DNA of 64,000 nucleotides from a candidate division FCPU426 bacterium (lineage in GTDB: Bacteria; Oederibacteriota; Muellerivitia; Muellerivitales; Muellerivitaceae): the NCBI GenBank assembly GCA_963830915.1, contig CAWHOE010000006.1, forward strand, positions 96,001 to 160,000, read 5' to 3'. Positions within the stretch are counted from its first letter, which is position 1; each line of letters opens with the position of its first letter. The position numbers and the translations under genes are program-made. Shown piece by piece: positions 52,239-61,915 of the stretch. Below the pieces are notes generated by a model. It did no database searches. It saw nothing but the letters and a program-made list of their open reading frames with translations, and was not told where the DNA came from.

Positions 52239-53768
52239 TTAAAAGCTCAACGTCATGTCACAATAAGTAAGGTTGCTCCACTGGGAATAGGTGCTGTTAT
52301 TGGACTGGGTCTGCTGGAAGGTATCCCCCAGGCCCGCGTTCAAACCTGTCCCCAGAGGTAGAGACCCCTCAACTGTGGCGACCTGGATCCAGTCATTCCG
52401 CTTGGAACCGTTTGTATTGGCGAAATTGGGCCAAGCTTGCCATTGAACCGAATAGGTCGCGTAAAGACCCCACTTGGTCCCGCCCCCATAGGTATAGAGG
52501 CCTGTGATGTTGTTGTTGAGATAGTTGAATACCGTGGATTGGGCCACCGTATCGCGCAAGGTATAGGCCAGGCTCAAACCATGCCCTCCCGCCAGGTAAT
52601 ACCAGGCCGAGACAGTCCCTAGAAGGCTCTGGGAATCATAAGCCGTATAGGTGGGATAGGACTCGTTAAGATATTGGGCCTGGACCTGGATGAAGCTGGG
52701 CTGTTGGAAATAATAAAGACCCGCCAACGATAACTGGTGATGCTGGTATTCCAGATGAAGGTTCTGGTCCAACTCCAGAGCCTCGTCGAAGGAACAAGGC
52801 AAAAGCATCAGGGACGAGAGATGGGGCTGGGCGGAAGCCGTCAAGTTAGTGTAATAGTTCTGGCCGAACACCTGGCTTTGCTCGTTGAAATATCCCATTA
52901 GGCTGTAGGCGAAAGTCAGCAGATTGTTGATCCCCGGGGGAGTGTAAGACAACTGGCCCTGGATATATTCGGCCTCGTTGTCAGCGATGGCGGTAGTGCC
53001 TTGATTGTATCCGTTCTTTTCATAACCCAGTTGGAGCCGTCCGTAAAAGTGGAACGGATTGGGCGAGAGCGACGTTTGGATCTGGGACATCCGGTTCATC
53101 GCCAAGGTGCCGAAGGCCCCCGATTGGGGGATCTGGGAGATGGAAATAAGGTATTGCTGGGCCTGGGCGTAATACCCTTCCTTCTGGTAAAGGATTCCCA
53201 TGGCGTAACGGGCCCCGGCATTATTGGGGTCGATCTGCAGACAGCGATAAAGTTGGTCCTGGCATTCGGCCCAATCCTTGGTCTTCAAACAACAAAGCCC
53301 CAGGTTGAAGTGAGCGTCGGCCGAACCAGGTTCCAAGTCCGCCGCCTGTTTGAGGTCCGCCTTGGCCTCCGCGTATCGGTGCGCCCTGTACAGTTGAACA
53401 CCCTCCCTCATCAGCCGATGGAATTGAGCTTCCTTTCCCCCGCCTTTTTTATCGGCGATACGCTGAAGCAGAGACTTGGCCAGGGAATGTTGGGGATTCA
53501 GGACCACGGCCCGGTTCAGATAGGCCTCGGCTACGTCCAGGTTGCCCAGCACGTACTCGCAGATACCGATGCAGTAATAAGCGTCGGCGTTCTTGGGATC
53601 GGCGACCGTGGCTTTCAGGTAGAGGTGGGCGGCTTCAGAAAAACGCTTCTGGAGGTAAGCCTCATTGCCCTGGGTCATCCAATCCTGGGTCTGGGCAAAG
53701 CTTCCGCCAGGTTGAGCGAGAAACAGAAGGATAGATAGGAACCCAAGTAAATTCGGCCTGGATGACAT
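52239..53768 (-). CDS. TPR protein with C-terminal outer-membrane beta-barrel (Slam/DUF560-like architecture)
   Basis: Signal peptide, about 7 TPRs, then an alternating Y/F/L-rich beta region ending in Phe. Confidence 0.75.
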   Translation of the reverse strand: MSSRPNLLGFLSILLFLAQPGGSFAQTQDWMTQGNEAYLQKRFSEAAHLYLKATVADPKNADAYYCIGICEYVLGNLDVAEAYLNRAVVLNPQHSLAKSLLQRIADKKGGGKEAQFHRLMREGVQLYRAHRYAEAKADLKQAADLEPGSADAHFNLGLCCLKTKDWAECQDQLYRCLQIDPNNAGARYAMGILYQKEGYYAQAQQYLISISQIPQSGAFGTLAMNRMSQIQTSLSPNPFHFYGRLQLGYEKNGYNQGTTAIADNEAEYIQGQLSYTPPGINNLLTFAYSLMGYFNEQSQVFGQNYYTNLTASAQPHLSSLMLLPCSFDEALELDQNLHLEYQHHQLSLAGLYYFQQPSFIQVQAQYLNESYPTYTAYDSQSLLGTVSAWYYLAGGHGLSLAYTLRDTVAQSTVFNYLNNNITGLYTYGGGTKWGLYATYSVQWQAWPNFANTNGSKRNDWIQVATVEGSLPLGTGLNAGLGDTFQQTQSNNSTYSQWSNLTYCDMTLSF

Positions 53769-53877
53769 GGAATGACCTGTCCCATTGGAGTTGAGGAATA
53801 TTATGGGTCATCAACGATCATTGAAAATATATCACACTATCCAGGAGGGGTTCGCTGATTTTCAGGGCGTAAAAATA

Positions 53878-53908
53878 AAAAAAGCCCCTTGTTTCCAAGG
53901 GGCTTTTC
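53878..53908. terminator. Intrinsic terminator after the Pro-rich gene
   Basis: aaaaaagccccttg-tttc-caaggggctttt. Confidence 0.8.
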
Positions 53909-53933
53909 GAACGACTAGACTTGTGGCGAAAAC

Positions 53934-54629
53934 TTATTCGTCGATGTCCTTCGCGCCCAGCTTCTCGTTAGGAAGAACGATCAGGTTCGTCCCAGGGGTC
54001 CCGACAGGTGCCGGAGGCGCCCAACCCGCGCCCGGAGTTCCGGAAGCGGAAGGAGGCAATGCCCCTGGCGTCCCAGCGGGAACAGGTGTCCCGACCGGGG
54101 CTGGAGGAGGCGGATAAGCGCCTGGCGTCCCAACAGCCACTGGAGGAGGCGGATAGGCTCCTGGAGTGCCAACCACGATCGGAGGCATCACAGGAACGAT
54201 GGTTCCCACAGCCACTGGCGGCATGGGCGGAGGGATTGTCCCCGGCAAAGGCGTGGGGAAAGGCTTAGGCGGCAAGATAGGTGTCGGGAAAGCCGTTGGG
54301 TAAGGAAGCGGCGTCGGGAACAACGACGGCACCGGTACCGGAGGAACCACGGTCGCGATGGGAGGAACGACCCCGGTTGGAACTGGCGCTGGTGGCAAGG
54401 GCGTTGGAACACCGGCGGGAACCGTCGGCACAGGCGGGACCGTCGCGATCATCGTGGGCATAGGCATTGGGGTGTTGATGATGATCGGCGGCGCCACGGT
54501 ACCAGGGGGCGGTGTGGGCGGCAGCGTCGGCACGCCTCCTGTGGCGGTTTGAGCGGAAACGCTCGTAGCTACCAAAAGCAAACTGGTCGCGAACAACCAG
54601 GCGATTGGGGTGCTGAAGATCTTTTTCAT
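53934..54629 (-). CDS. Secreted proline-rich low-complexity protein
   Basis: GAGGA RBS, start MKKIFS..VSA signal peptide; mature part is P/T/V/G/A repeats. Confidence 0.8.
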   Translation of the reverse strand: MKKIFSTPIAWLFATSLLLVATSVSAQTATGGVPTLPPTPPPGTVAPPIIINTPMPMPTMIATVPPVPTVPAGVPTPLPPAPVPTGVVPPIATVVPPVPVPSLFPTPLPYPTAFPTPILPPKPFPTPLPGTIPPPMPPVAVGTIVPVMPPIVVGTPGAYPPPPVAVGTPGAYPPPPAPVGTPVPAGTPGALPPSASGTPGAGWAPPAPVGTPGTNLIVLPNEKLGAKDIDE

Positions 54630-54679
54630 GACATCCTCCTTAGGGCTTCTGAACGGCTTGCGACTTCGATTGTTAGTAA

Positions 54680-54695
54680 AGCAAGCCTTGTGCCA
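54680..54695 (-). promoter_or_regulatory. Sigma54 (-24/-12) promoter
   Basis: Minus strand TGGCACAAGGCTTGCT is an exact match to TGGCAC-N5-TTGCW, about 50 bp upstream of the ATG at 54629. Confidence 0.85.
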
Positions 54696-54803
54696 GGAAT
54701 TTCCAGTGTTTTTGAAGGGATTTTCAGCGGATGACGCAGCCAGCACGTACAAATTTTCGGCAGGGTGCCCAAATTCAGGCCAGGAAAAACCTTAAAACGT
54801 CTT

Positions 54804-54885
54804 TAACCACCAAGGCACAAAGACACCAAGGACAGCAAAATCTCTTTGGGTTTACACAAAATCCTTTCTTGGTGACTTGGTGGTA
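54804..54885. repeat. CCAC...GTGG palindromic element
   Basis: taaccaccaaggcacaaagacaccaagg ... ttcttggtgacttggtggtaa. Confidence 0.65.
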
Positions 54886-54916
54886 AAAATGGGTTTGCTT
54901 GGGGTTTTAAATGCGT

Positions 54917-55579
54917 TTATTTGCGACCGCATTCTTTTTTCAGCTTTAGGAACTTGGCTTTTAACTTTGCGTCCGGCTTGGCCTTTAGCCCCGCTTGGAT
55001 CTCGTTCTTGGCCGATTTGGGGTCTTTCAGGTCGCGCAGATCAAGGAAAGCCAGGGCGTAATGGGCCTTGGAAAGGGTAGGTTCCAGTTCCAGAGCCTTC
55101 TGGAATTCTTCTTTCGATCCCTCGATATCCTTCAACTTATACAGGCTCAGGCCCAAATAATAATGGACCATGGAAATGCCCGGGTCCAATTGGTTGGCCG
55201 TCGCCAGTTCGGTCTGGGCCTTTTCCCATTTCCCCTGGTCGTAGGCGACCCGGCCCATGTAATAACGGACCACCGGCATATTCGGGTCATGCTTCAAGAC
55301 CCATTCAAAATATGCGGAAGCTTCAGGCAGGAGGTTCTCTTCGTACTTAATCAAACCCAGGTAAAAATGAGCTTTCAAGTTATCGGCGTCATCCTTCAGG
55401 ACATTCAGGAAACCTTCCTGGGCCTTGCTATATTTCCCAGCGTTGAAAGAGGCCACAGCCTTCAAGAAAACCTCCTGGGGCCCGTTATCCTGGGCCTGGA
55501 GAAAACCAGCGCCGAGGATGGATAAACCAAGCGGTAATAGGCGGATGAGCAGTTTTCGAGGAAAGTCAGGGTTTCTCAC
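54917..55579 (-). CDS. Periplasmic TPR protein
   Basis: GTG start overlapping the regulator 3' end; signal peptide; repeated AHFYLG/VHYYLG TPR motifs. Confidence 0.85.
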   Translation of the reverse strand: MRNPDFPRKLLIRLLPLGLSILGAGFLQAQDNGPQEVFLKAVASFNAGKYSKAQEGFLNVLKDDADNLKAHFYLGLIKYEENLLPEASAYFEWVLKHDPNMPVVRYYMGRVAYDQGKWEKAQTELATANQLDPGISMVHYYLGLSLYKLKDIEGSKEEFQKALELEPTLSKAHYALAFLDLRDLKDPKSAKNEIQAGLKAKPDAKLKAKFLKLKKECGRK

Positions 55580-56921
55580 GGCAATATTCCTCCAGTTGAT
55601 ATTTGGCGATCTTGTATTGCAGGGCGGAACGGGAAACACCCAGTTGCTTGGCCGCCTGGTTCTGAACGCCATGGGTCTCTTGAAGGGCTTGCAAGATTAG
55701 TGCCTTTTCCAACTGGTCGAGGGTCTGGCTCAGGTCCCCCTGCAGGGCCGGTTGGGCCTTGATGTCATTGGGATTACCCTCGGGTACGACTTCCAATTCT
55801 TCCTTCTCCGAAAAGACCACGGCCCTTTCCATCAGGTTCTGTAGTTCCCTCACATTGCCCGGCCAGGCATAACCTTTCAGGGCCTTCAAAGACATGTCGC
55901 TCAAACGTCTGGAAGGTTTCCCCATCTGACGGCAGAACCGGTCGAGAAAGCTTTCGCAAAGAAGCGGGATGTCATCGGGTCTCTCCCTCAAGGGCGGCAT
56001 GCGGAGCGAAACCACGTTGAGCCGATAATAGAGATCTTCCCGAAAAATTCCCTTCTCTACCAATTCCTTCAGGTTCTTATTGGTCGCCGTGATGACCCTC
56101 AGGTCCACCTTCAGGGTCTGGGTACCCCCGACCCGCTCGAATTCCCTTTCCTGAAGGACCCTCAGAAGCTTCACCTGGATCTCGGGGGCGACTTCGGAGA
56201 TCTCATCCAGGAAAAGGGTTCCGCCCTGGGCCAACTCGAAACGCCCTTGCTTCCTTTGGACCGCTCCCGTAAAGGCGCCTTTCTCGTGGCCGAAGAGCTC
56301 GCTTTCCAAAAGGTTCGGCGCCAGAGCCGCGCAATGGACCCGGATGAAGGGGGCGTCCTTCCAGGGACCGCTTTCATGGATGGCCTGGGCCGCCAATTCC
56401 TTGCCCGTGCCGCTTTCCCCCTCGATGAGGATGGTGGTCTTGGCGGCGCTCAAGCGCCGGATGTTATCGTAGACCTGTTTCATGGCGGGACTCTCGCCCA
56501 CCATCTTGCCCTGGAACTGGGACAACTCATCCTTGAGCCGGAGGTTTTCGCCTTTCAAGCTGCCGACCTGGAGGCAGTTCTTGATCTTGAGCTCCAGTCC
56601 CTCCATGGAAAAAGGCTTCAGGACGAAATCATAGGCTCCGCCCCTCATGGCCGTCACCGCGTCCTCCACCGTGCCAAAAGCGGTCATGACGATGACTTGG
56701 ACTTCAGCGTCCTTCTCCTTGATCTTCTCCAAAAGTTCCAGGCCGTTCATACCAGGCATCTTCATGTCGGTCACGACCACCTCGGCCTTTTCCCTTCCCA
56801 GCACCTCCAGGGCCGCTTCCGCGCTGGCGGCGGTCAATATCCTGTAGCCCGAGTCCACCAGGTGTTTCTGAACGCTGTCCCTCATGTCCTTTTTGTCGTC
56901 CACGACCAGGATGGTGCTCAT
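55566..56921 (-). CDS. Sigma54-dependent response regulator (NtrC/AtoC family)
   Basis: REC domain (VVDD, DMKMP), [22 protein letters not shown], Fis-type HTH. Confidence 0.97.
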   Translation of the reverse strand: MSTILVVDDKKDMRDSVQKHLVDSGYRILTAASAEAALEVLGREKAEVVVTDMKMPGMNGLELLEKIKEKDAEVQVIVMTAFGTVEDAVTAMRGGAYDFVLKPFSMEGLELKIKNCLQVGSLKGENLRLKDELSQFQGKMVGESPAMKQVYDNIRRLSAAKTTILIEGESGTGKELAAQAIHESGPWKDAPFIRVHCAALAPNLLESELFGHEKGAFTGAVQRKQGRFELAQGGTLFLDEISEVAPEIQVKLLRVLQEREFERVGGTQTLKVDLRVITATNKNLKELVEKGIFREDLYYRLNVVSLRMPPLRERPDDIPLLCESFLDRFCRQMGKPSRRLSDMSLKALKGYAWPGNVRELQNLMERAVVFSEKEELEVVPEGNPNDIKAQPALQGDLSQTLDQLEKALILQALQETHGVQNQAAKQLGVSRSALQYKIAKYQLEEYCREKP

Positions 56922-58429
56922 GGCGCGCCTTTCACTAGCGGGATCTCCACGCGGAACACCGCGCCGCCCGCCGGAACATAACCGTCGCCTTGCCGGTTGA
57001 ACGCCTCGATCCTTCCTCCGTGGGCCAAGACCACCTTCTGGGTGAAGGCCAGACCCAATCCGGTGCCGGAGGACTTTGTGGTGAAAAAGGGCTTGAAGAG
57101 ATTGGGCAAGACTTCTTTGGGGATTCCGGCCCCCGTGTCCTCGACCTCGATGCGGGCATAATCCCCCGCCTCCTCCAGCCTCAGGGTCAGGGTGCCCCAG
57201 GTGGGCATGGCTTGCAGGGCGTTCAGGCCAAGATTATAGAGGGCGTTGGAAAGCAGGGCGCTGTCCGCCTCGATCTGTCCGCAGGGACGGATGGCGGGGA
57301 CCACCTGCACCGCCTGTTTTTTAGCCGACTCCATCAGGTCCTGGGCCAGGTTCTCGATCAATTCGGCCGGGTACTGGACCTTGGCGTTCAGCTTGAAGGC
57401 CCGGCTATATTCCAGGAAACGGGTGACCAGGTAATTGAGGGCTTTCACCTGGCCCTGGATCTTTTGGACCGCTGGCAATATCTCTTGGGAGCCAGCGGCT
57501 TTTTTCTCGATCCACTCAGCCTCGCTTCGGATGATGTGCAAGGGATTACGCACCTCATGGGCGATACCGCCGGCGATCTCTTTCATCTGTTCGGCCTGGT
57601 TCTCCGCCTCCTTGCGCATGAAGGAAAGTTCGGTCTCCCGGGCCTCGATCCGGGACGCCATCTGGTAGAGGGACCGTTCCAACTGACCCAACTCATCCAG
57701 GCGGGCGGTGGGGTTGGAGTCCTTCGGATAACGGCCCTGGGCCACTTCCCCGGCCAGACGGGCCACTGTTCCGACCGGTTCCAGGACCGTCCGGGCCACG
57801 ACGATGGACACGAAGGCGCTCAATAAAAGGCCGGCCAGGCCCAATAACAGGGAGAAGGTCTTGAAGCGTTTGAGGACCTCCAATGACTTGGGGTCGGCGT
57901 CCACCTGCAAGAGCAGGCCCTTGGGCAGGGGGATGAAGACCGATTGGTGGAGCTGTCCGAAATCCCCGGCGTGGACCGGCAGGACCACCGGCTTGCCAGC
58001 GCCAAGGTCCGCCAGGTTTTGGGGGTTCAGCAGGGGGCTCTTGAAGCCTGGCACCGCCTCTCCCGTGGCGTCCAGAAGGACCGTCCCCTGAGGGTTCAGA
58101 AGGGTGATGTTCTGGAGCACGCCCGCCTTCAGGAAACCCTGGAGCAGGGGGGTCAGGCTGGCCATTTCCCGGGAGTCAGGCAGGCTGGGCTGGAGTGGCC
58201 CGGACAATTCCCCATTCATCCGTTGGGCCACCAAACGTCCCATGGCCAGGAGTTGTTCTCCCATCTTTTCCTGGAGGCTATTTGAGACGATCCAGTAGAC
58301 CGTGGTGCCGGTCAGGAGCGTCAGGGTGAACCAAAGGACCGTATAGGTGAGCAGGAGCTTGGTCTTGAAGGAATAACGCCAACGTTCAAAAAAGGACGGG
58401 GTGTGGATGGGTTGGGTCGGTTGGGTCAA
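56918..58429 (-). CDS. Membrane sensor histidine kinase (HAMP)
   Basis: Two TM helices, DELGQL, AHEVRNPL, NALQA, DTGAGI, FFTTKSSGTGLGL. Confidence 0.96.
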   Translation of the reverse strand: MTQPTQPIHTPSFFERWRYSFKTKLLLTYTVLWFTLTLLTGTTVYWIVSNSLQEKMGEQLLAMGRLVAQRMNGELSGPLQPSLPDSREMASLTPLLQGFLKAGVLQNITLLNPQGTVLLDATGEAVPGFKSPLLNPQNLADLGAGKPVVLPVHAGDFGQLHQSVFIPLPKGLLLQVDADPKSLEVLKRFKTFSLLLGLAGLLLSAFVSIVVARTVLEPVGTVARLAGEVAQGRYPKDSNPTARLDELGQLERSLYQMASRIEARETELSFMRKEAENQAEQMKEIAGGIAHEVRNPLHIIRSEAEWIEKKAAGSQEILPAVQKIQGQVKALNYLVTRFLEYSRAFKLNAKVQYPAELIENLAQDLMESAKKQAVQVVPAIRPCGQIEADSALLSNALYNLGLNALQAMPTWGTLTLRLEEAGDYARIEVEDTGAGIPKEVLPNLFKPFFTTKSSGTGLGLAFTQKVVLAHGGRIEAFNRQGDGYVPAGGAVFRVEIPLVKGAP

Positions 58430-58523
58430 GGTCCGCTTCCGAGGATTAGAGTGGGTTTTAGTTTACTCCCGAACTGGCTTCCGGGCAAAGGGCCGATGAA
58501 GCCGGACCGTCACTCAGGCCAAT

Positions 58524-58558
58524 AAAAAACCCGATCCCCCGAAAAGAGGACCGGGTTT
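58524..58558 (-). terminator. Intrinsic terminator
   Basis: aaaaaacccg...cgggttt hairpin. Confidence 0.6.
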
Positions 58559-58583
58559 ATGAAAAAGAGTCCTGAAGGATCTT

Positions 58584-60155
58584 TTAGAAGGCCACGTCGA
58601 ACTGCAACGAGTGGTTGTAGGTCTGGGTGAGGTTATCCACCGCGAAAGCGTATTGGATGCCCAACGGAAGCCCCACCCCGCCGCACAGGTTGCTGTTGGT
58701 CACCCCGCCGCGAAGCTGGAGGATACCCAAAAAGTTGTAATTGAACCCGAAATCCAGGTGGGAAAAGAAGTTCAAGCCCTCGTAATAGGAGGAACCGCTG
58801 AATATATCGTCCACATCCGCGTTGACGAGTAGGTTCCTATTGATCTTCCAGGAAGCCCCCGCCCGGACCACCGTTGGGGCTGGGTCGATAACCACCGGAC
58901 CGCCGTTCTGGTTCAACGGGTCACCCGGGTTCGTGGTGAGGGTAGCGGTAGAGTGAAGCAGGTCCATCGCCGACAGCCCCAAGGATATCTTGGGATCGTC
59001 GAAATCATACAAGACCCCCAGGTCCACACCCCAGCGCACGATGGTCTTTTGCATGTCGTCCTTGATGTCGTTGCCCACATCCGAGGTTCCATTCGTGTTC
59101 TGGTCGATCAAGTAACTGGAAGTGATGGAAGTGATCCTGCGGTTGACCACCTTGAAATTCATGCCCGCCGACAAAGACGGATCATCCGCCAAAGGCCTGG
59201 TGCAGTAGGTTCCCATCAGGACCGTGTCGGTATAAACCAACCCATTGATCGGAGCGATCTCGTTGAAAAGGGTCTTGTCGGACTGACTGGGATCCAAACT
59301 GTTCATGATGTTATTCACCGTGGTGGCGAAAGTACTGACATCACTTGGCTGTGTCCCGCCGGGATTGTTCTGGCTGTTACTAAAGGTCGCCACCGCGTTC
59401 GCCAACTGTTGCTGCTGGGAACCCAAAAGTGAGTTCAATATGGACTGGGTGGCGTTATACAAGGAAACCGCAGCGTCCCTCACCTGGCTGGGACTATTCC
59501 CCGGCATCTGGGGAAGCGCCTTGATGAGTACCAGGTCGTTGATCAGGCCCCCCTGGGATATCTGGACCGCCGCCTGGGTCCTGTTATAGGCTTGGAAACC
59601 CCAGTGATCGTCGAATTTGAGCGCGATATTGAACCCCATACCCACCTGGAGCGACTTACCGGTCACGTTCGTAACGGCGTTCTGGGTATTCACAATGGCG
59701 TTATTGAGATTGACCACGCCCTGGTTATAAAGCGTCGTGTTGGGACCGCCGGAAGCGTTCAAGCCGTTGTTGATATCCTGAAAGGCCTGGTTCACGTTCT
59801 GGAGGGAATTCTGCAGGTTGTTGATGTTGTCCGAATTGGTCATGTATTTCGCGATTCCGACAATATCGTTTCCCACGTTGAAGCCCAAATGCACCTCGGC
59901 GAAATCGACATTGTTCGCCAGGAGCGCCGGGTTGTAGGCGGACGCGTTGAAGAGTGTTCCATCCGCCACGACCGCGTTACCCATCCCATTGGCTTCCACA
60001 TCGATGGGAAGGGAGGTGAAGTTAACGAATTGGGCGATGTTCGAGGTGCCGGAGAGGAGCCCGGCGGCCTGGGCTCCCCCGGTACAAGCGAGGAGCGCCC
60101 CTAACCATATCCAGCCCTTGAAGGGCCTGCGATGCCTAGGCATGGTCCGTTTCAA
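58584..60155 (-). CDS. Outer-membrane beta-barrel protein, TraF_2/FadL-like, with Asn/Gln-rich helical inserts
   Basis: ANGMGNAVVA...AYNPALLA N-terminal motif, WGVDLGVLY, LQLRGG, C-terminal Phe. Confidence 0.7.
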   Translation of the reverse strand: MKRTMPRHRRPFKGWIWLGALLACTGGAQAAGLLSGTSNIAQFVNFTSLPIDVEANGMGNAVVADGTLFNASAYNPALLANNVDFAEVHLGFNVGNDIVGIAKYMTNSDNINNLQNSLQNVNQAFQDINNGLNASGGPNTTLYNQGVVNLNNAIVNTQNAVTNVTGKSLQVGMGFNIALKFDDHWGFQAYNRTQAAVQISQGGLINDLVLIKALPQMPGNSPSQVRDAAVSLYNATQSILNSLLGSQQQQLANAVATFSNSQNNPGGTQPSDVSTFATTVNNIMNSLDPSQSDKTLFNEIAPINGLVYTDTVLMGTYCTRPLADDPSLSAGMNFKVVNRRITSITSSYLIDQNTNGTSDVGNDIKDDMQKTIVRWGVDLGVLYDFDDPKISLGLSAMDLLHSTATLTTNPGDPLNQNGGPVVIDPAPTVVRAGASWKINRNLLVNADVDDIFSGSSYYEGLNFFSHLDFGFNYNFLGILQLRGGVTNSNLCGGVGLPLGIQYAFAVDNLTQTYNHSLQFDVAF

Positions 60156-60973
60156 CGTTCGGACATATTGTGAGAATGATTAAGGTTTTCCAGGAAGGTG
60201 TAACCTTCCCTGGCGTTCACCACAAAGGCCGGCACGCCATGCATGCCATTTTCATCCCTCACCCGATCCTGGGCCATCAAGACCCATTGATAGGAGGCGT
60301 GGGTGGCCATCAGTTCATAGAATTGGTCGGCGATGTCGTTGCCCTTTTGGATCTCCCCAAGCTTGGTTCCCTCGTAATCGACCTTCACGTCACGGAAATC
60401 GACGGCGACCTCGATGGAATCCCCGTTCTTCAATTCGCTGCCCGATTGGTCATAGACCACACCGGTCAACACGATCCAGGGATTCCTGGGTCCGCCCAAT
60501 TCGATGCCGTTGATACTGAAACGAATATAAGCGGCTTCCCTGGCCGAACCATCGGTCACTTTGGAGAGCCACAGGAACACTGATTGGTCATGCTTAACGG
60601 GAGAGGATCCCAGGGTTTTGGCGGCCAAGGCTACAGCCTTCCTCAGGTCTCCTGACGCCCCCACACGGTCATACAAACGGATGTTGGAGGAAAATTCCGA
60701 AGCGACAGGGGCTGAAACAGCGGCGGTCGGCGTGGGGCTGGCTTTTTTCGCCGCCACGGTCGGTACGGCTGTCGGGACAACCGTAGGCTGAGGGGTTGGA
60801 ACGGGCGTGGTTTTTTTCTTCCCTTTATGTTTGGTACCGGTCGTGGTCGTATCAGATGGTGTGGTGACAGCTGTTACCACAGGGGTCGGGTTTGCCACTG
60901 GCGTTGAATCCGCGAACACCTTGGTACCGATCATCAATCCCAGCACGGAAATCACGGCGAAAAACTTTCTCAT
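60152..60973 (-). CDS. Hypothetical secreted protein with P/T linker
   Basis: GGAGG RBS, signal peptide (VFA), P/T-rich linker, ~180-aa unknown domain; overlaps the next gene. Confidence 0.8.
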   Translation of the reverse strand: MRKFFAVISVLGLMIGTKVFADSTPVANPTPVVTAVTTPSDTTTTGTKHKGKKKTTPVPTPQPTVVPTAVPTVAAKKASPTPTAAVSAPVASEFSSNIRLYDRVGASGDLRKAVALAAKTLGSSPVKHDQSVFLWLSKVTDGSAREAAYIRFSINGIELGGPRNPWIVLTGVVYDQSGSELKNGDSIEVAVDFRDVKVDYEGTKLGEIQKGNDIADQFYELMATHASYQWVLMAQDRVRDENGMHGVPAFVVNAREGYTFLENLNHSHNMSER

Positions 60974-61128
60974 AAATCCTCCTTGAGTTAACCCCTTGAA
61001 TGAAAAGGATTATATTCGTTTAACCTGAATATTTGTCCATAATTTTCGTTTAGAAAGGCGTTTTTGCCAATAAGATGAGATTTTCAGGGTTCCTAGAGAC
61101 TTCATGGGTTGTTAGACAAGGAACCTTG

Positions 61129-61689
61129 TCATTCCCCGGTCTTTTCGATCTGGGCGATCTGCATCAGTTTTGAACTGACTTTCAACTTACCTTTTTCTAT
61201 CGAGTCCGGATTGATGCGGATGCTGATCCGGTTATCGAGTTGGACGAGTTGGATCATGCCTCCTTGGCTTGTAAAACCGTCCATATCGGATACGGTCAAG
61301 ACAGGTTTACCCCGGAGAGCCTTGAGGATATTCCCCAAATGGTCCTTTTGGGAGGCGGAAATGAACAAGACCTGGGATTGCTTGAGGTTCTTGACCTGGG
61401 CCGGATCGAAATCCTTCAGGATCTGAACGGCGACCGGATGTCCATCCAACCACTTGCCTTTTTGGGTTTCGGCCAGTCTTTTGGAGACACCCTCGTCGCC
61501 GATGACCGCGAACACGAAATCAGAAAAAGCCTTACCAAGGGCCTTGGCCGGCCAATCCACATAGTTGGTGAAATTGACCAAATCATTGGCCTTATCATCC
61601 TCACTAGCGGCTACGACTGCCGCCGGAAACAATAGCGGCCCCAGAAATAGACCTCCCAAGAGAGCAAAAAACAAAAATCGATTTTTCAT
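61129..61689 (-). CDS. YfiR family (DUF4154) periplasmic protein
   Basis: KA..LVNFTNYVDWP, VLFIS, PVLTVSD...GGMIQL, LKVSSKLMQIA. Confidence 0.9.
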   Translation of the reverse strand: MKNRFLFFALLGGLFLGPLLFPAAVVAASEDDKANDLVNFTNYVDWPAKALGKAFSDFVFAVIGDEGVSKRLAETQKGKWLDGHPVAVQILKDFDPAQVKNLKQSQVLFISASQKDHLGNILKALRGKPVLTVSDMDGFTSQGGMIQLVQLDNRISIRINPDSIEKGKLKVSSKLMQIAQIEKTGE

Positions 61690-61915
61690 GAGGCCATCCT
61701 GGGGAATCCAAATTTAAAAAGGCAGATCCAGAACAGGCCATATTATGAACCGTTTGAAAGTAACAATGGGGATGCCAATTGTTAAATGCGGGAAAACTTA
61801 TTTAAACATTTACCGGATATATTTTTGTCCTTGGAGATAGTGAAAGTCGACCCGGAACGGTTCGGTAATCTTATTCTCGTAAATGCGGTCAGGCCCCATC
61901 CGGCGCCTGCGAAAC

